In this document: positions 9,966 to 20,804 of the stretch, in pieces
Layout: each line of letters opens with the position of its first letter
How positions within the stretch are numbered: position 1 is the stretch's first letter
Assembly: GCA_964490975.1 (NCBI GenBank)
Contig: CAZBEQ010000010.1
Span: 8,837 to 72,836, forward strand
Source: an uncultured Oscillospiraceae bacterium
GTDB lineage: Bacteria; Bacillota; Clostridia; Acetivibrionales; DTU013
Direction: 5' to 3'
Length of the DNA: 64,000 nt
Translations under genes and position numbers: made by a program
Notes under the pieces: generated by a model
Seen by the model: only the letters and a program-made list of their open reading frames with translations
The model's database searches: none
What the model was told of the DNA's origin: nothing

Positions 9966-11237
9966 TTATATTTCAAAATACTCGTCCCTTCCGGGGCCTA
10001 CCGAGACATATTTTATAGGACAGTTGATATTGCGCTGTATGTAAGAAATATATTCCCGGGCCGCAGCCGGTAGCTTGTCAAAGCTCCTGCACTTTGATAT
10101 ATCACAGTTCCATCCTTCCAGATACTCATGTACCGGCTTCGCGCGCATAAGTCTTTCTCCTGACGGGAAAGCCTCTGTGATCTGGCTATCAATATCGTAA
10201 GCCTTGCAGACAGGTATTTTGTCAAAGCAGGACAACACATCCAGCTTGGTAAGCGCAATACAGGTCGCGCCCTGCACGCGTACTCCATATCTGGAAGCGG
10301 GAATGTCGAACCCGCCTACGCGGCGCGGTCTTCCGGTCGCAGCTCCATACTCGCTGCCGGCTTCGCGAAGCAGATTGCCCTGTTCACCGAACAGTTCAGC
10401 TGTAAACGGGCCTTCTCCGACACAGCTGGAATATGCTTTCATAACACCGATGACAGATTCCAGCTTCTTATCCGGTATGCCTGCTCCAATCGGCGCATAT
10501 GCAGCAATCGTCGAAGATGATGTCGTATATGGATATATGCCAAAATCGATATCGCGAAGAGCTCCGAGCTGTGCCTCAAACAAGATTGAACTGCCTCTGT
10601 CGCATACATTCCAGAGATATTCTGACGTATCGCATATATAATCCTTAAAAGGCAGGCCATACTTCTCAAGCCACTCCAGTATTTTCGAATATTCAAGCGC
10701 TTCGCTCTTGTATCCGTCACGGACAACAAGGTTTTTCCATTCTATTATCGCCGGCAGTTTCTTCCTGACACTATCCATGTCCAGCAGATCTCCCATACGA
10801 AATGACTTCTTCATGTACTTATCTGCATAAACCGGTGCGATACCACGTCTTGTAGAACCAAATTTCGCATCTCCAAGTCTGTCTTCTTCCAGTATGTCGA
10901 GCAGCTTATGGTATGGCATGCAAATTGTCGCCTTGTCGCTTATTTTAAGGTGCTCAGGTGTGATTTCTATACCGGCATCCCTCAGCTTCTTAACCTCTCC
11001 GTATAAATGCTCCAGATCTATTACCATCCCCGGACCCATAACATTAACAGTCTTGTCTCTCAATATTCCGGACGGGAGCAGATTCAGTATGAACTTGCCC
11101 TTTTCATTTACAACGGTGTGTCCTGCGTTGTTCCCACCCTGATAACGCACTACTATGTCATAACCTTCCGAAAGCAGATCCACCATTCTTCCTTTGCCTT
11201 CGTCGCCCCAGTTTATTCCAACTATGCCAGCAAGCAT
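9966..11237 (-). CDS. purA: Adenylosuccinate synthase
   Basis: 423 aa with GINWGDEGKGRMVD (P-loop), GGNNAGHT and TTRRGIGP-like motifs. Confidence 0.95.
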   Translation of the reverse strand: MLAGIVGINWGDEGKGRMVDLLSEGYDIVVRYQGGNNAGHTVVNEKGKFILNLLPSGILRDKTVNVMGPGMVIDLEHLYGEVKKLRDAGIEITPEHLKISDKATICMPYHKLLDILEEDRLGDAKFGSTRRGIAPVYADKYMKKSFRMGDLLDMDSVRKKLPAIIEWKNLVVRDGYKSEALEYSKILEWLEKYGLPFKDYICDTSEYLWNVCDRGSSILFEAQLGALRDIDFGIYPYTTSSSTIAAYAPIGAGIPDKKLESVIGVMKAYSSCVGEGPFTAELFGEQGNLLREAGSEYGAATGRPRRVGGFDIPASRYGVRVQGATCIALTKLDVLSCFDKIPVCKAYDIDSQITEAFPSGERLMRAKPVHEYLEGWNCDISKCRSFDKLPAAAREYISYIQRNINCPIKYVSVGPGRDEYFEI

Positions 11238-11357
11238 TCAAGTGTCCTCCTCAATTAACCAATTCAAGTGTAAATAAAAGTCATACGTTAAAATTATATA
11301 TTCATTTTTCTCATCCGTCTACTTATTAAACACTTCAGTAAAAAGAAAATTTTTCTG

Positions 11358-11390
11358 CTAAGCGTAATTTGCTTTGCAAATTACGCTTAG
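11358..11390 (-). terminator. 15-bp perfect hairpin downstream of pyrG
   Basis: CTAAGCGTAATTTGC / GCAAATTACGCTTAG with a 3-nt loop. The U-tract is poor. Confidence 0.45.
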
Positions 11391-11518
11391 TAAAAAGATT
11401 TTCTTACCCAAGCATAAAATTTTCAAAGGAAATTCTTATGCTACTGTGCATTTCAACGAGGCAATTGATATATTTGACGCCTCAGCTGTGTTTCAACGAG
11501 GGCTCGTCAATTATCGGG

Positions 11519-13126
<1,608 letters not shown>

Positions 13127-13239
13127 TTATACATCTATTATTCTTAACAGCACATAACCGCATACTAAACTAATAGAATGCGGTCTATGTTTTCTTTTAT
13201 CAAAAAAGTTTTAGAAAGCCTTCTCCAGGCTGATCTTAC

Positions 13240-13956
13240 TTAGTTCTGCACATACAGTTGTTTGTATGGATTATGGGTGTCCGGTGCCAGTACATGAAAC
13301 TCTTTGTCTGTTATTGTTTCATAAGGGACATCAAAGAGCTGTGAAAATTCAGCCAGATATTTCCCGATCATCTCCATGTCAGAGCTGTCAGCTTTTTTGC
13401 TACTCACCTGTCTTGGCAGTCTGAGGCCTTTAATATCGCCCCTCAGATATATTTTCCCTCCATGCATGCCGGTTCCGCAGAAGTTACCTGCCACCGGTCC
13501 ATTCCTGTCAAAGCCGAGTACTATAATAATGCCACCCGCCTGGTATTCGCCCAGAAAGCTTCCACAGCTGCCTCCAATTACCATGACCGGCAGTTTTCCG
13601 GCATATGCCTTCATGTGGATACCTGCTCGGTAGCCCGCATTTCCCCTGATATATATTTCGCCTCCGCGCATAGCATAGCCGGCAGCATCTCCTGCATTTC
13701 CGTATACCACTATTCTGCCGTCATTCATAGTATCCCCGGCAGCATCCTGCGCATTCCCTCTTACAGTGATATCAGCGCCATCCAGATATGCGCCAAGCGC
13801 ATTTCCCGGGGTACCGTTTATGAGGATTTTCACCTTATCCATACCGCTTGCAATAAACCTCTGACCGATACAATCATTGATAGTGACATCACTGCCGCTT
13901 TTTCTAATTTCCTCATTCAACGAACGATGGTCCATGCCTGCAGCGTTTATTATCAT
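13240..13956 (-). CDS. Glutamate synthase domain-3-like protein (GXGXG beta-helix)
   Basis: Repeated G-x-G-x-G type turns (GNAGDAAGYAMRGGEIYIRGNAGYRAG). The ATG at 13954-13956 lies one base after the stop of the upstream gene. The track ORF start at 14037 overlaps the neighbour. Confidence 0.8.
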   Translation of the reverse strand: MIINAAGMDHRSLNEEIRKSGSDVTINDCIGQRFIASGMDKVKILINGTPGNALGAYLDGADITVRGNAQDAAGDTMNDGRIVVYGNAGDAAGYAMRGGEIYIRGNAGYRAGIHMKAYAGKLPVMVIGGSCGSFLGEYQAGGIIIVLGFDRNGPVAGNFCGTGMHGGKIYLRGDIKGLRLPRQVSSKKADSSDMEMIGKYLAEFSQLFDVPYETITDKEFHVLAPDTHNPYKQLYVQN

Positions 13957-13957
13957 C

Positions 13958-15193
13958 TCAAACCACTCCTCCCAGCTTCTGCAGCCTGTATTTTCTCGAA
14001 AAAGCCATAAGTGACGGCTTCTCACAAATAAGCTCAAAATCTATATCATAGAGAGGCACCTTGTTCTGTATCAACGATGTATATATTCCTGCCTTTTCTA
14101 CATCGCCAACAAGTATATATCCCTTCAGCAGACCTTCTGCGTAAAAAAGCTTTTTATATGACCCGTCCGCATTTTTCTCGTAGCTATCTCCCGTGTAGCT
14201 TCCTGCAGTGATGATGTGGAGTCCGAAAAAGCTGATGGCATTCATTGGGATAGCTCGGTCGAATCTTTTTTCTCCGCCTGCCATGTTTATTCCGGCACAT
14301 TCTCCCTGCCTGTACGCATTCGGAAGCAATGCAAGCACCCGTCTCTGGCCGCATGATATATCAAAGCTCTCAGTACAGTCTCCCGCCGCAAATATGCCAT
14401 CTATATCAGTCCTCATAAATTCATCCGTTACTATCCCGCGGCTGGTTTCACCACCTATATCACGTATGAGTGAAGTATTAGGCCGCACCCCGACAGCAAG
14501 CACCAGAATATCAAAATCCACACTGCTGCCGCTACTGAGGTATGCAGTCATTGCGTCAAAACGGCTGACACTTTGCCCTAGTATGAAGGATATATTGTTA
14601 TTTTCAATATGTTTTTGCACCATCGCTGCAGAAGAATCATCCAATATACTGGAGAGTATTCTATTGCTCAGGTCGACTATAGTAATGTTTTTCACACAAC
14701 GTGCAATACCCTCGGCACATTTTAACCCTATTAGCCCGGCACCGATGATCAAAACACGCTTATCCTGACCCAGCACATCTTTGAGAGCAACAGCATCATC
14801 AAGTGACATAAAGCTGTATTTGCTACCTACGCTATCCAAACCTTCGAAATTTGGTATCAACGGAGTTGAGCCGGTTGCCGTGAGAAGTCTGTCATACGGT
14901 ATCTGTGTACCGTCTTCAAGAAGTACTGTTTTGCTTTCCTTGCTGATGCCGGTGACATTACTGCCGAGTATTGTCCGACAATTATTTTTCTCATAAAAAT
15001 CCAACGGACGGTATCTCATACGTTCAACATCTGTTTTCCCCTGTAGGAGATAGGATATGAGCGGTCTTGAATAGGTGTGGTATTTCTCGCTTGATATTAC
15101 CGTTATTTCACCGGTCTGATCCATCTGCCTTATACCTTCGATAGCACCGACAGCAGCAGTACTGTTTCCTATGATCACATATCTCATTGTCAT
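13958..15193 (-). CDS. FAD/NAD(P)-dependent pyridine nucleotide-disulfide oxidoreductase
   Basis: N-terminal dinucleotide fold IIGNSTAAVGAIEG, a second fold IIGAGLIGLKCAE and the GDC motif FAAGDC. Confidence 0.8.
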   Translation of the reverse strand: MTMRYVIIGNSTAAVGAIEGIRQMDQTGEITVISSEKYHTYSRPLISYLLQGKTDVERMRYRPLDFYEKNNCRTILGSNVTGISKESKTVLLEDGTQIPYDRLLTATGSTPLIPNFEGLDSVGSKYSFMSLDDAVALKDVLGQDKRVLIIGAGLIGLKCAEGIARCVKNITIVDLSNRILSSILDDSSAAMVQKHIENNNISFILGQSVSRFDAMTAYLSSGSSVDFDILVLAVGVRPNTSLIRDIGGETSRGIVTDEFMRTDIDGIFAAGDCTESFDISCGQRRVLALLPNAYRQGECAGINMAGGEKRFDRAIPMNAISFFGLHIITAGSYTGDSYEKNADGSYKKLFYAEGLLKGYILVGDVEKAGIYTSLIQNKVPLYDIDFELICEKPSLMAFSRKYRLQKLGGVV

Positions 15194-15631
15194 CTACCTC
15201 TCTTCATACACTATAGCCCCATTGGGACATCCCGCCACACACGCAGGAACTCCGGCATGGTTTTTGACACACAGCTCACACTTTTGCACGGCTCCGTTAT
15301 CCGATGGAGAAATAGCCCCATATGGGCAGGACAGGATACATGTATAACAACTGACGCATCTGTCCTCATCCACCATTATTATACCGTCCTTTATCGAAAG
15401 CGCGCCCGTGATACAGCCCTTAACGCAAAGCGGTTCATCGCAGTGCCTGCAGGAAACTGCAAAACATATGTCGTTGTTTTCCTCTATCCTGATCCTCGGG
15501 CGTATCTCCAGGTTTCTCAGTGCCAGAGCCATGTTCCTTTCTCCGGTATTGGCAAAAGCACAGTTATATTCACAAAGTCTGCATCCAAGACACCATTTTT
15601 CATTGACATAAACTCTTTTCATAAATCTCAC
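15194..15631 (-). CDS. 4Fe-4S dicluster ferredoxin-domain protein
   Basis: Several CxxCxxCxxxC(P) motifs (CLGCRLCEYNC, CVSCYTCILSCP). Confidence 0.8.
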   Translation of the reverse strand: MRFMKRVYVNEKWCLGCRLCEYNCAFANTGERNMALALRNLEIRPRIRIEENNDICFAVSCRHCDEPLCVKGCITGALSIKDGIIMVDEDRCVSCYTCILSCPYGAISPSDNGAVQKCELCVKNHAGVPACVAGCPNGAIVYEER

Positions 15632-17133
15632 TCCCCTGCGTGTGATATGCCGAGTATCCCGAGTTCCTTTTCATTGAGCCCAGTTCCTCTAAGCATCAGC
15701 CTGTTGCCCTTCAGCGCCTCGATGGAATTGATCCCCATGCCGCCCATAAGCTCTTTGATCTCATGGTCCCATGCAGTCAGCAGATTCACAAGGCGCTTGC
15801 AGCCCATATCGGGATTGAGCCGTTTTACAAGCTCGGGCCGCTGTGTTGCAATGCCCCAGTTACATTTTCCCATCTGACAGCTGCGGCAAAGATGACAACC
15901 CAATGCAAGCAGTGCACCTGTAGCTATATAAACCGCATCCGCGCCTAACGCAATAGCCTTGACCACATCGGCGCTGTTTCTTATGCTGCCTCCGGCAACA
16001 AGAGAGACATTGTTTCTGATCCCTTCATCGCGAAGACGTGAATCAACACTTGCCAAAGCCAGTTCGATAGGTATGCCTACATTATCACGTATCCTTGTTG
16101 GCGCAGCGCCGGTTCCTCCTCTGAAACCGTCAATTGCGATTATATCCGCGCCGCTTCGTGCTATACCGCTTGCGATAGCGGCTATATTATGGACAGCCGC
16201 CACCTTTACAATAACTGGCTTTTTATATTGTGTGGCTTCCTTCAGTGAAAATACAAGCTGTCTCAGATCCTCTATAGAGTAAATATCGTGGTGAGGAGCA
16301 GGTGAAATGGCATCCGAGCCCTCAGGTATCATTCTCGTTTTGGAAATATCTCCGACGATTTTTTCTCCGGGCAGATGACCACCTATACCCGGCTTTGCGC
16401 CCTGCCCCATTTTTATTTCAATTGCCGCCCCTGCTTCAAGGTATTGTCTGTGAACTCCGAAGCGTCCGGACGCAACCTGCACTATTGTATTCTTCCCGTA
16501 TTTGTAGAAGTCTTCGTGAAGCCCGCCTTCTCCCGTATTGTAAAAAATGCCAAGCTCGCTCGCTGCCCTGGCGAGGCTTTCATGCGCATTGTAGCTTATC
16601 GAGCCGTAGGACATAGCCGAAAACATAACAGGCATTGAAAGCTCCAGCTGCGGTGTCAGGTTGCATTTGAGGCTTCCGTCCGGATTACGTTCTATCCTTT
16701 CCGGCTTTTTACCAAGGAACACTTTTGTCTCCATAGGTTCACGAAGCGGATCTATAGACGGATTAGTAACCTGGGACGCATTTATCAGTATTTTATCCCA
16801 ATAAACCGGGTATTTTTCAGGATTCCCCATGGATGAAAGAAGTACACCACCGCTTCCCGCCTGCTTGTATATCTCCTTTATCGCCGACTGGTTCCAATTT
16901 GCGTTTTCCTTGAAGCAATGGTCACTTTTCACTATTTTCAAAGCCCTTGTCGGGCAGAGCGAAACACATCTGTGGCAGTTAACACATTTTGATTCATCGC
17001 TGAGCATAAAATTTCCGTTCTCCACATAAGAGTGAACTTCATTTGCACACTGCCTTTCACATACCCTACAGCGTATACAGCGGCTGTCGTTTCTTACAAT
17101 TTCATAATCAGGATACATATAATCTACCGGCAT
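15628..17133 (-). CDS. Glutamate synthase-related FMN-binding subunit (GltB domain 2) with an N-terminal 4Fe-4S domain
   Basis: CIRCRVCERQC and CVNCHRCVSLCP are followed by TIM-barrel motifs (GAKPGIGGHLPG, IAIDGFRGGTGAAP). The ATGA overlaps with both neighbours. Confidence 0.85.
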   Translation of the reverse strand: MPVDYMYPDYEIVRNDSRCIRCRVCERQCANEVHSYVENGNFMLSDESKCVNCHRCVSLCPTRALKIVKSDHCFKENANWNQSAIKEIYKQAGSGGVLLSSMGNPEKYPVYWDKILINASQVTNPSIDPLREPMETKVFLGKKPERIERNPDGSLKCNLTPQLELSMPVMFSAMSYGSISYNAHESLARAASELGIFYNTGEGGLHEDFYKYGKNTIVQVASGRFGVHRQYLEAGAAIEIKMGQGAKPGIGGHLPGEKIVGDISKTRMIPEGSDAISPAPHHDIYSIEDLRQLVFSLKEATQYKKPVIVKVAAVHNIAAIASGIARSGADIIAIDGFRGGTGAAPTRIRDNVGIPIELALASVDSRLRDEGIRNNVSLVAGGSIRNSADVVKAIALGADAVYIATGALLALGCHLCRSCQMGKCNWGIATQRPELVKRLNPDMGCKRLVNLLTAWDHEIKELMGGMGINSIEALKGNRLMLRGTGLNEKELGILGISHAGE

Positions 17134-18242
17134 TGCTCAGCACCTCCATCCAATGTCACTATAACAGGCTCTCCTCCCGCAGGCGACCATATCCTTTCCA
17201 ACTCCGGTTCCATAATCCTTATGGCACATTCCTCACTTGCGGCGTATACCATGTCGCCCTTTTCGGCTATGACCATGGAACGCAGCTTCAAGCGGTCATT
17301 CAGCGCCATCATCCCTCCGCTGAAGCCAAGCAGGATCGAAAATGGCCCGGTGATGAGAAGGCTCGAAAAGGCATTTCTTAGATACGTCAGCCTCTCTCTT
17401 TCCGCCGGCGGCTTGCTCTTGATAGTGCTCCAGAACGGTGCCGCAATTATGTTTGCAACTTCTGTCAAGGTCAGCTTCTGTTTTCTTACCAAATAGTCAA
17501 TTATATAAGTTATAACCTCTGTATCTGTTAAAAGCGTACATTTGTAGCCATACATTTCTATAAAGCGACGGTTTGCATCATAGGAGGATATCTCTCCGTT
17601 ATGCACTATGGAATAATCCAGCATCGAAAACGGATGGGCTCCCCCCCACCAGCCCGGAGTATTGGTAGGGTATCTGCCATGTGCAGTCCATGAGTAGCCC
17701 TCATATTCGTCAAGACGGTAAAAGACTCCAACGTCCTCAGGAAACCCAACGGCTTTGAACGAGCCCATGTTCTTTCCACTGGAGAAGACATATGAGCCCT
17801 TGAAGGTTGTGTTGATTCTGATCACAGCACGCACGACATATTCATCCTCATCGAGCTGGCTGTCGATCAGTTTATTATGGTGTGGCGTCACAAAATACCT
17901 CCATATGAGCGGCTCATCAGTGATCTTTTTAGTCTTCCGTATCGGTATCCTTGACAGGTTGATTACTTCAAATGCCTTGTCAATATACTTCTCACACTCT
18001 TCCTTTGCGGCTGTATTATTGTAAAAAACATGAAGCGCATACAGATCCTTGTACTGCGGATATATCCCGTAACCGGCAAATCCGCCTCCAAGTCCGTTTG
18101 ACCTGTCATGCATGACTGTCATCGCTTTTATTATCCTCTCACCTGAGATGCTTTTCCCCGATCTGGAAAACAGGCCTGCAATGGCACATCCCGACGGTAT
18201 CCTTATCTGTCCTTCTTTTTGAATCAAATCTTCATTTATCAT
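17124..18242 (-). CDS. Class II glutamine amidotransferase (GltB domain 1-like)
   Basis: PSGCAIAG near the N-terminus and HGRYPTNTPGWWGGAHPF fit the Ntn amidotransferase family. I chose ATG 18240-18242 rather than the track start at 18332. Confidence 0.78.
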   Translation of the reverse strand: MINEDLIQKEGQIRIPSGCAIAGLFSRSGKSISGERIIKAMTVMHDRSNGLGGGFAGYGIYPQYKDLYALHVFYNNTAAKEECEKYIDKAFEVINLSRIPIRKTKKITDEPLIWRYFVTPHHNKLIDSQLDEDEYVVRAVIRINTTFKGSYVFSSGKNMGSFKAVGFPEDVGVFYRLDEYEGYSWTAHGRYPTNTPGWWGGAHPFSMLDYSIVHNGEISSYDANRRFIEMYGYKCTLLTDTEVITYIIDYLVRKQKLTLTEVANIIAAPFWSTIKSKPPAERERLTYLRNAFSSLLITGPFSILLGFSGGMMALNDRLKLRSMVIAEKGDMVYAASEECAIRIMEPELERIWSPAGGEPVIVTLDGGAEQCR

Positions 18243-18495
18243 CACGGGATCCGTCCTTTCCTGTACATTTTGTCTTATAAAATGACAATGACGCTCAATA
18301 TGCAAATTATTGCTCTGCAAAATGAACGTCATTGTTCATTACTTACTATAAAACAAACGAAGTCATGTGTCAATGTGTTTTGCAACTTTTATAAATATTT
18401 CATGCAAATTAACCATTTTATAAAGTGATTCATGGCCTGTGCTTCGATTGTTTTGCATGAGTAGTTGTGAAGTCCTGCATATTTTAAAAAAACTA

Positions 18496-18525
18496 TTGAC
18501 AGCCAATTTTTTAGTGATATATAAT
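18496..18525 (+). promoter_or_regulatory. SigA-type promoter for the glutamine synthetase gene
   Basis: TTGACA (18496-18501), an 18-nt spacer, then TATAAT (18520-18525). Confidence 0.5.
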
Positions 18526-18536
18526 ATCGTTATAAA

Positions 18537-18592
18537 CGGCAAAGGTGCCGCGCAGATTTTTTCTGCAGCACCTTTGCCGTTTTTTATTTTTT
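18537..18592 (+). terminator. Intrinsic terminator inside the glutamine synthetase leader (candidate attenuator)
   Basis: CGGCAAAGGTGC (18537-18548) pairs with GCACCTTTGCCG (18568-18579), followed by TTTTTTATTTTTT. It lies between the promoter and the RBS/ATG at 18619. Confidence 0.6.
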
Positions 18593-18618
18593 ATCAGAAT
18601 TGAAAGGAGCAAATAATT

Positions 18619-20715
18619 ATGAAAACAGTTCCGGAGTATTTTGGAAGTCTTGTATTTGATGAGAGCGTAATGAGGTCAAAACTGCCAAAAGAGATCTACA
18701 AGTCAATCAGAAAAACTATCCACGATGGTGAGACCCTTGATATAGAAGTAGCCAATGTGGTTGCAAACGCGATGAAGGATTGGGCCGTCGAAAAAGGGGC
18801 AACACACTTCACCCACTGGTTCCAGCCTATGACCGGTATAACAGCCGAAAAGCACGACAGCTTTATCTCTCCTGCCGAATACGGCAGGGTGATAATGGAG
18901 TTTTCAGGCAAAGAGCTTGTCAAGGGAGAACCTGATGCATCCAGCTTCCCGTCCGGCGGGCTGCGTTCCACCTTCGAAGCGCGCGGATATACGGCATGGG
19001 ATCCTACATCATGTGCATTTATAAAAGATAATACACTTTGCATACCTACAGCCTTCTGTTCATACGGTGGAGAAGCACTGGATCAGAAGACACCTCTGCT
19101 GCGTTCAATGCAAGCGATCAACAAGCAGGCTCTCAGAGTCCTGAAGCTTTTCGGGAAAAGCGATGTAACTTCTGTCAAGACAACCGTGGGACCGGAGCAG
19201 GAATATTTCCTTGTTGAAAAAGAACTGTTTGATAAACGAAAAGACCTTATCTATACCGGGCGCACACTGTTTGGCTCCAAACCTCCGAAGGGACAGGAGC
19301 TCGAGGATCACTATTTTGGTACGATCAAGCCACGTGTAGCTGCTTTTATGGAAGAGCTGGATGAAGAGCTGTGGAAACTTGGAATATTTGCAAAAACAGA
19401 GCATAATGAAGTTGCTCCTGCGCAGCATGAGCTTGCGCCGATCTTCACAACTACCAACATCGCAACGGACCATAATCAGCTGACCATGGAAATGATGCAG
19501 AAGGTTGCAAAAAGGCATGGGCTCGTCTGTCTACTCCATGAAAAACCGTTTGCCGGTGTCAATGGCAGCGGCAAGCACAATAACTGGTCCATTTCCACCA
19601 ACACAGGCATCAATCTCCTTGAGCCGGGTGAAACTCCTCATGAGAATGCCCAGTTCCTTCTGTTTCTGTGCGCGGTAATCAAATCCGTTGACGATTACCA
19701 GGATCTGCTGAGGATCTCAGTTGCAAGTGCAGGAAACGACCACCGTCTAGGAGCCAATGAAGCACCACCTGCTGTTGTATCCATATTTGTAGGTAATGAT
19801 CTTAATGAACTGCTGGAATCCATCGATAACGGCAAGGCCTATGGCGCAAGGGAAAAAGAGCAGATCAAGATAGGTGTCCATGTACTGCCGAGATTCCCGA
19901 AGGATACTACTGACAGGAACAGGACCTCTCCATTTGCATTCACCGGAAACAAATTCGAGTTCCGCATGCCCGGCTCATCATGCTCCATAGCATTGGCAAA
20001 TACAGTCTTGAACACCGCAGTTGCCGATTCGTTGAGACAATTTGCAGATATCCTCGAAGGAGTTGAGGATTTCAATAATGCCCTTGATGAACTTATAAAG
20101 AAGACTATACACGAGCATAAACGCATTATTTTTAACGGGAACGGCTATGATGATGCCTGGATAAGTGAAGCTGTAAAAGAAAGAGGGCTGCTTAATCTAA
20201 AAGCTACACCTGACTGTCTGCCATATTTCCTGCATGATAAGAATATCAAGCTGTTCACAAAACACAAGGTATTCTCAGAGGTGGAGATGCATTCAAGGTA
20301 CGAGATCATGTTGGAGAATTACTGCAAAACATTGAATATCGAGGCATTGGCTATGATCGAAGTGGCACGCAGAGATATACTGCCTGCAGTGCTGAGCTAT
20401 ATGAAGGAGCTTGGAGATACCGCAACATCAAAAAAGAGCCTGAACGTAAATATTGAATGCGGTTATGAAGAAAAAGCCATCACAAAACTGTCGTCACTGG
20501 CATCTGCAATTTACAACAGCACAGATACCCTTGAAAATATACTGGATATGCTGAAAGAGACATCTAACATCTTGAAATTAGCTTCAGAGTATAAGGACAA
20601 GGTCATTGCTGAAATGTACAGACTGCGTGCTGCAGCTGATCAGGCCGAATGCCTTACCGCTCAGAAATACTGGCCGTACCCGACATACGGCGAGTTGCTC
20701 TTTGGGGTACGTTGA
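18619..20715 (+). CDS. Glutamine synthetase, type III
   Basis: 698 aa. The length and motifs (FHWFQPMTG-like [34 protein letters not shown]) are typical of GSIII. RBS AAAGGAG. Confidence 0.9.
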   Translation: MKTVPEYFGSLVFDESVMRSKLPKEIYKSIRKTIHDGETLDIEVANVVANAMKDWAVEKGATHFTHWFQPMTGITAEKHDSFISPAEYGRVIMEFSGKELVKGEPDASSFPSGGLRSTFEARGYTAWDPTSCAFIKDNTLCIPTAFCSYGGEALDQKTPLLRSMQAINKQALRVLKLFGKSDVTSVKTTVGPEQEYFLVEKELFDKRKDLIYTGRTLFGSKPPKGQELEDHYFGTIKPRVAAFMEELDEELWKLGIFAKTEHNEVAPAQHELAPIFTTTNIATDHNQLTMEMMQKVAKRHGLVCLLHEKPFAGVNGSGKHNNWSISTNTGINLLEPGETPHENAQFLLFLCAVIKSVDDYQDLLRISVASAGNDHRLGANEAPPAVVSIFVGNDLNELLESIDNGKAYGAREKEQIKIGVHVLPRFPKDTTDRNRTSPFAFTGNKFEFRMPGSSCSIALANTVLNTAVADSLRQFADILEGVEDFNNALDELIKKTIHEHKRIIFNGNGYDDAWISEAVKERGLLNLKATPDCLPYFLHDKNIKLFTKHKVFSEVEMHSRYEIMLENYCKTLNIEALAMIEVARRDILPAVLSYMKELGDTATSKKSLNVNIECGYEEKAITKLSSLASAIYNSTDTLENILDMLKETSNILKLASEYKDKVIAEMYRLRAAADQAECLTAQKYWPYPTYGELLFGVR

Positions 20716-20720
20716 TAGTG

Positions 20721-20804
20721 AAAACAGCGGGGTCAGGCTTGAATAATTCCCTTATTTGGATAAAATCAAATAAGGGAATTATTCAAGCCTGACCCCGCTG
20801 TTTT
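20721..20804. terminator. Bidirectional terminator: 38-bp perfect inverted repeat
   Basis: AAAACAGCGGGGTCAGGCTTGAATAATTCCCTTATTTG, an 8-nt loop, then the exact reverse complement, flanked by A and T tracts. It sits between convergent genes. Confidence 0.75.

Noticed and set aside
11238-11357. Purine riboswitch upstream of purA
   Set aside because: The leader lacks the conserved purine aptamer sequence and is short and AT-rich.
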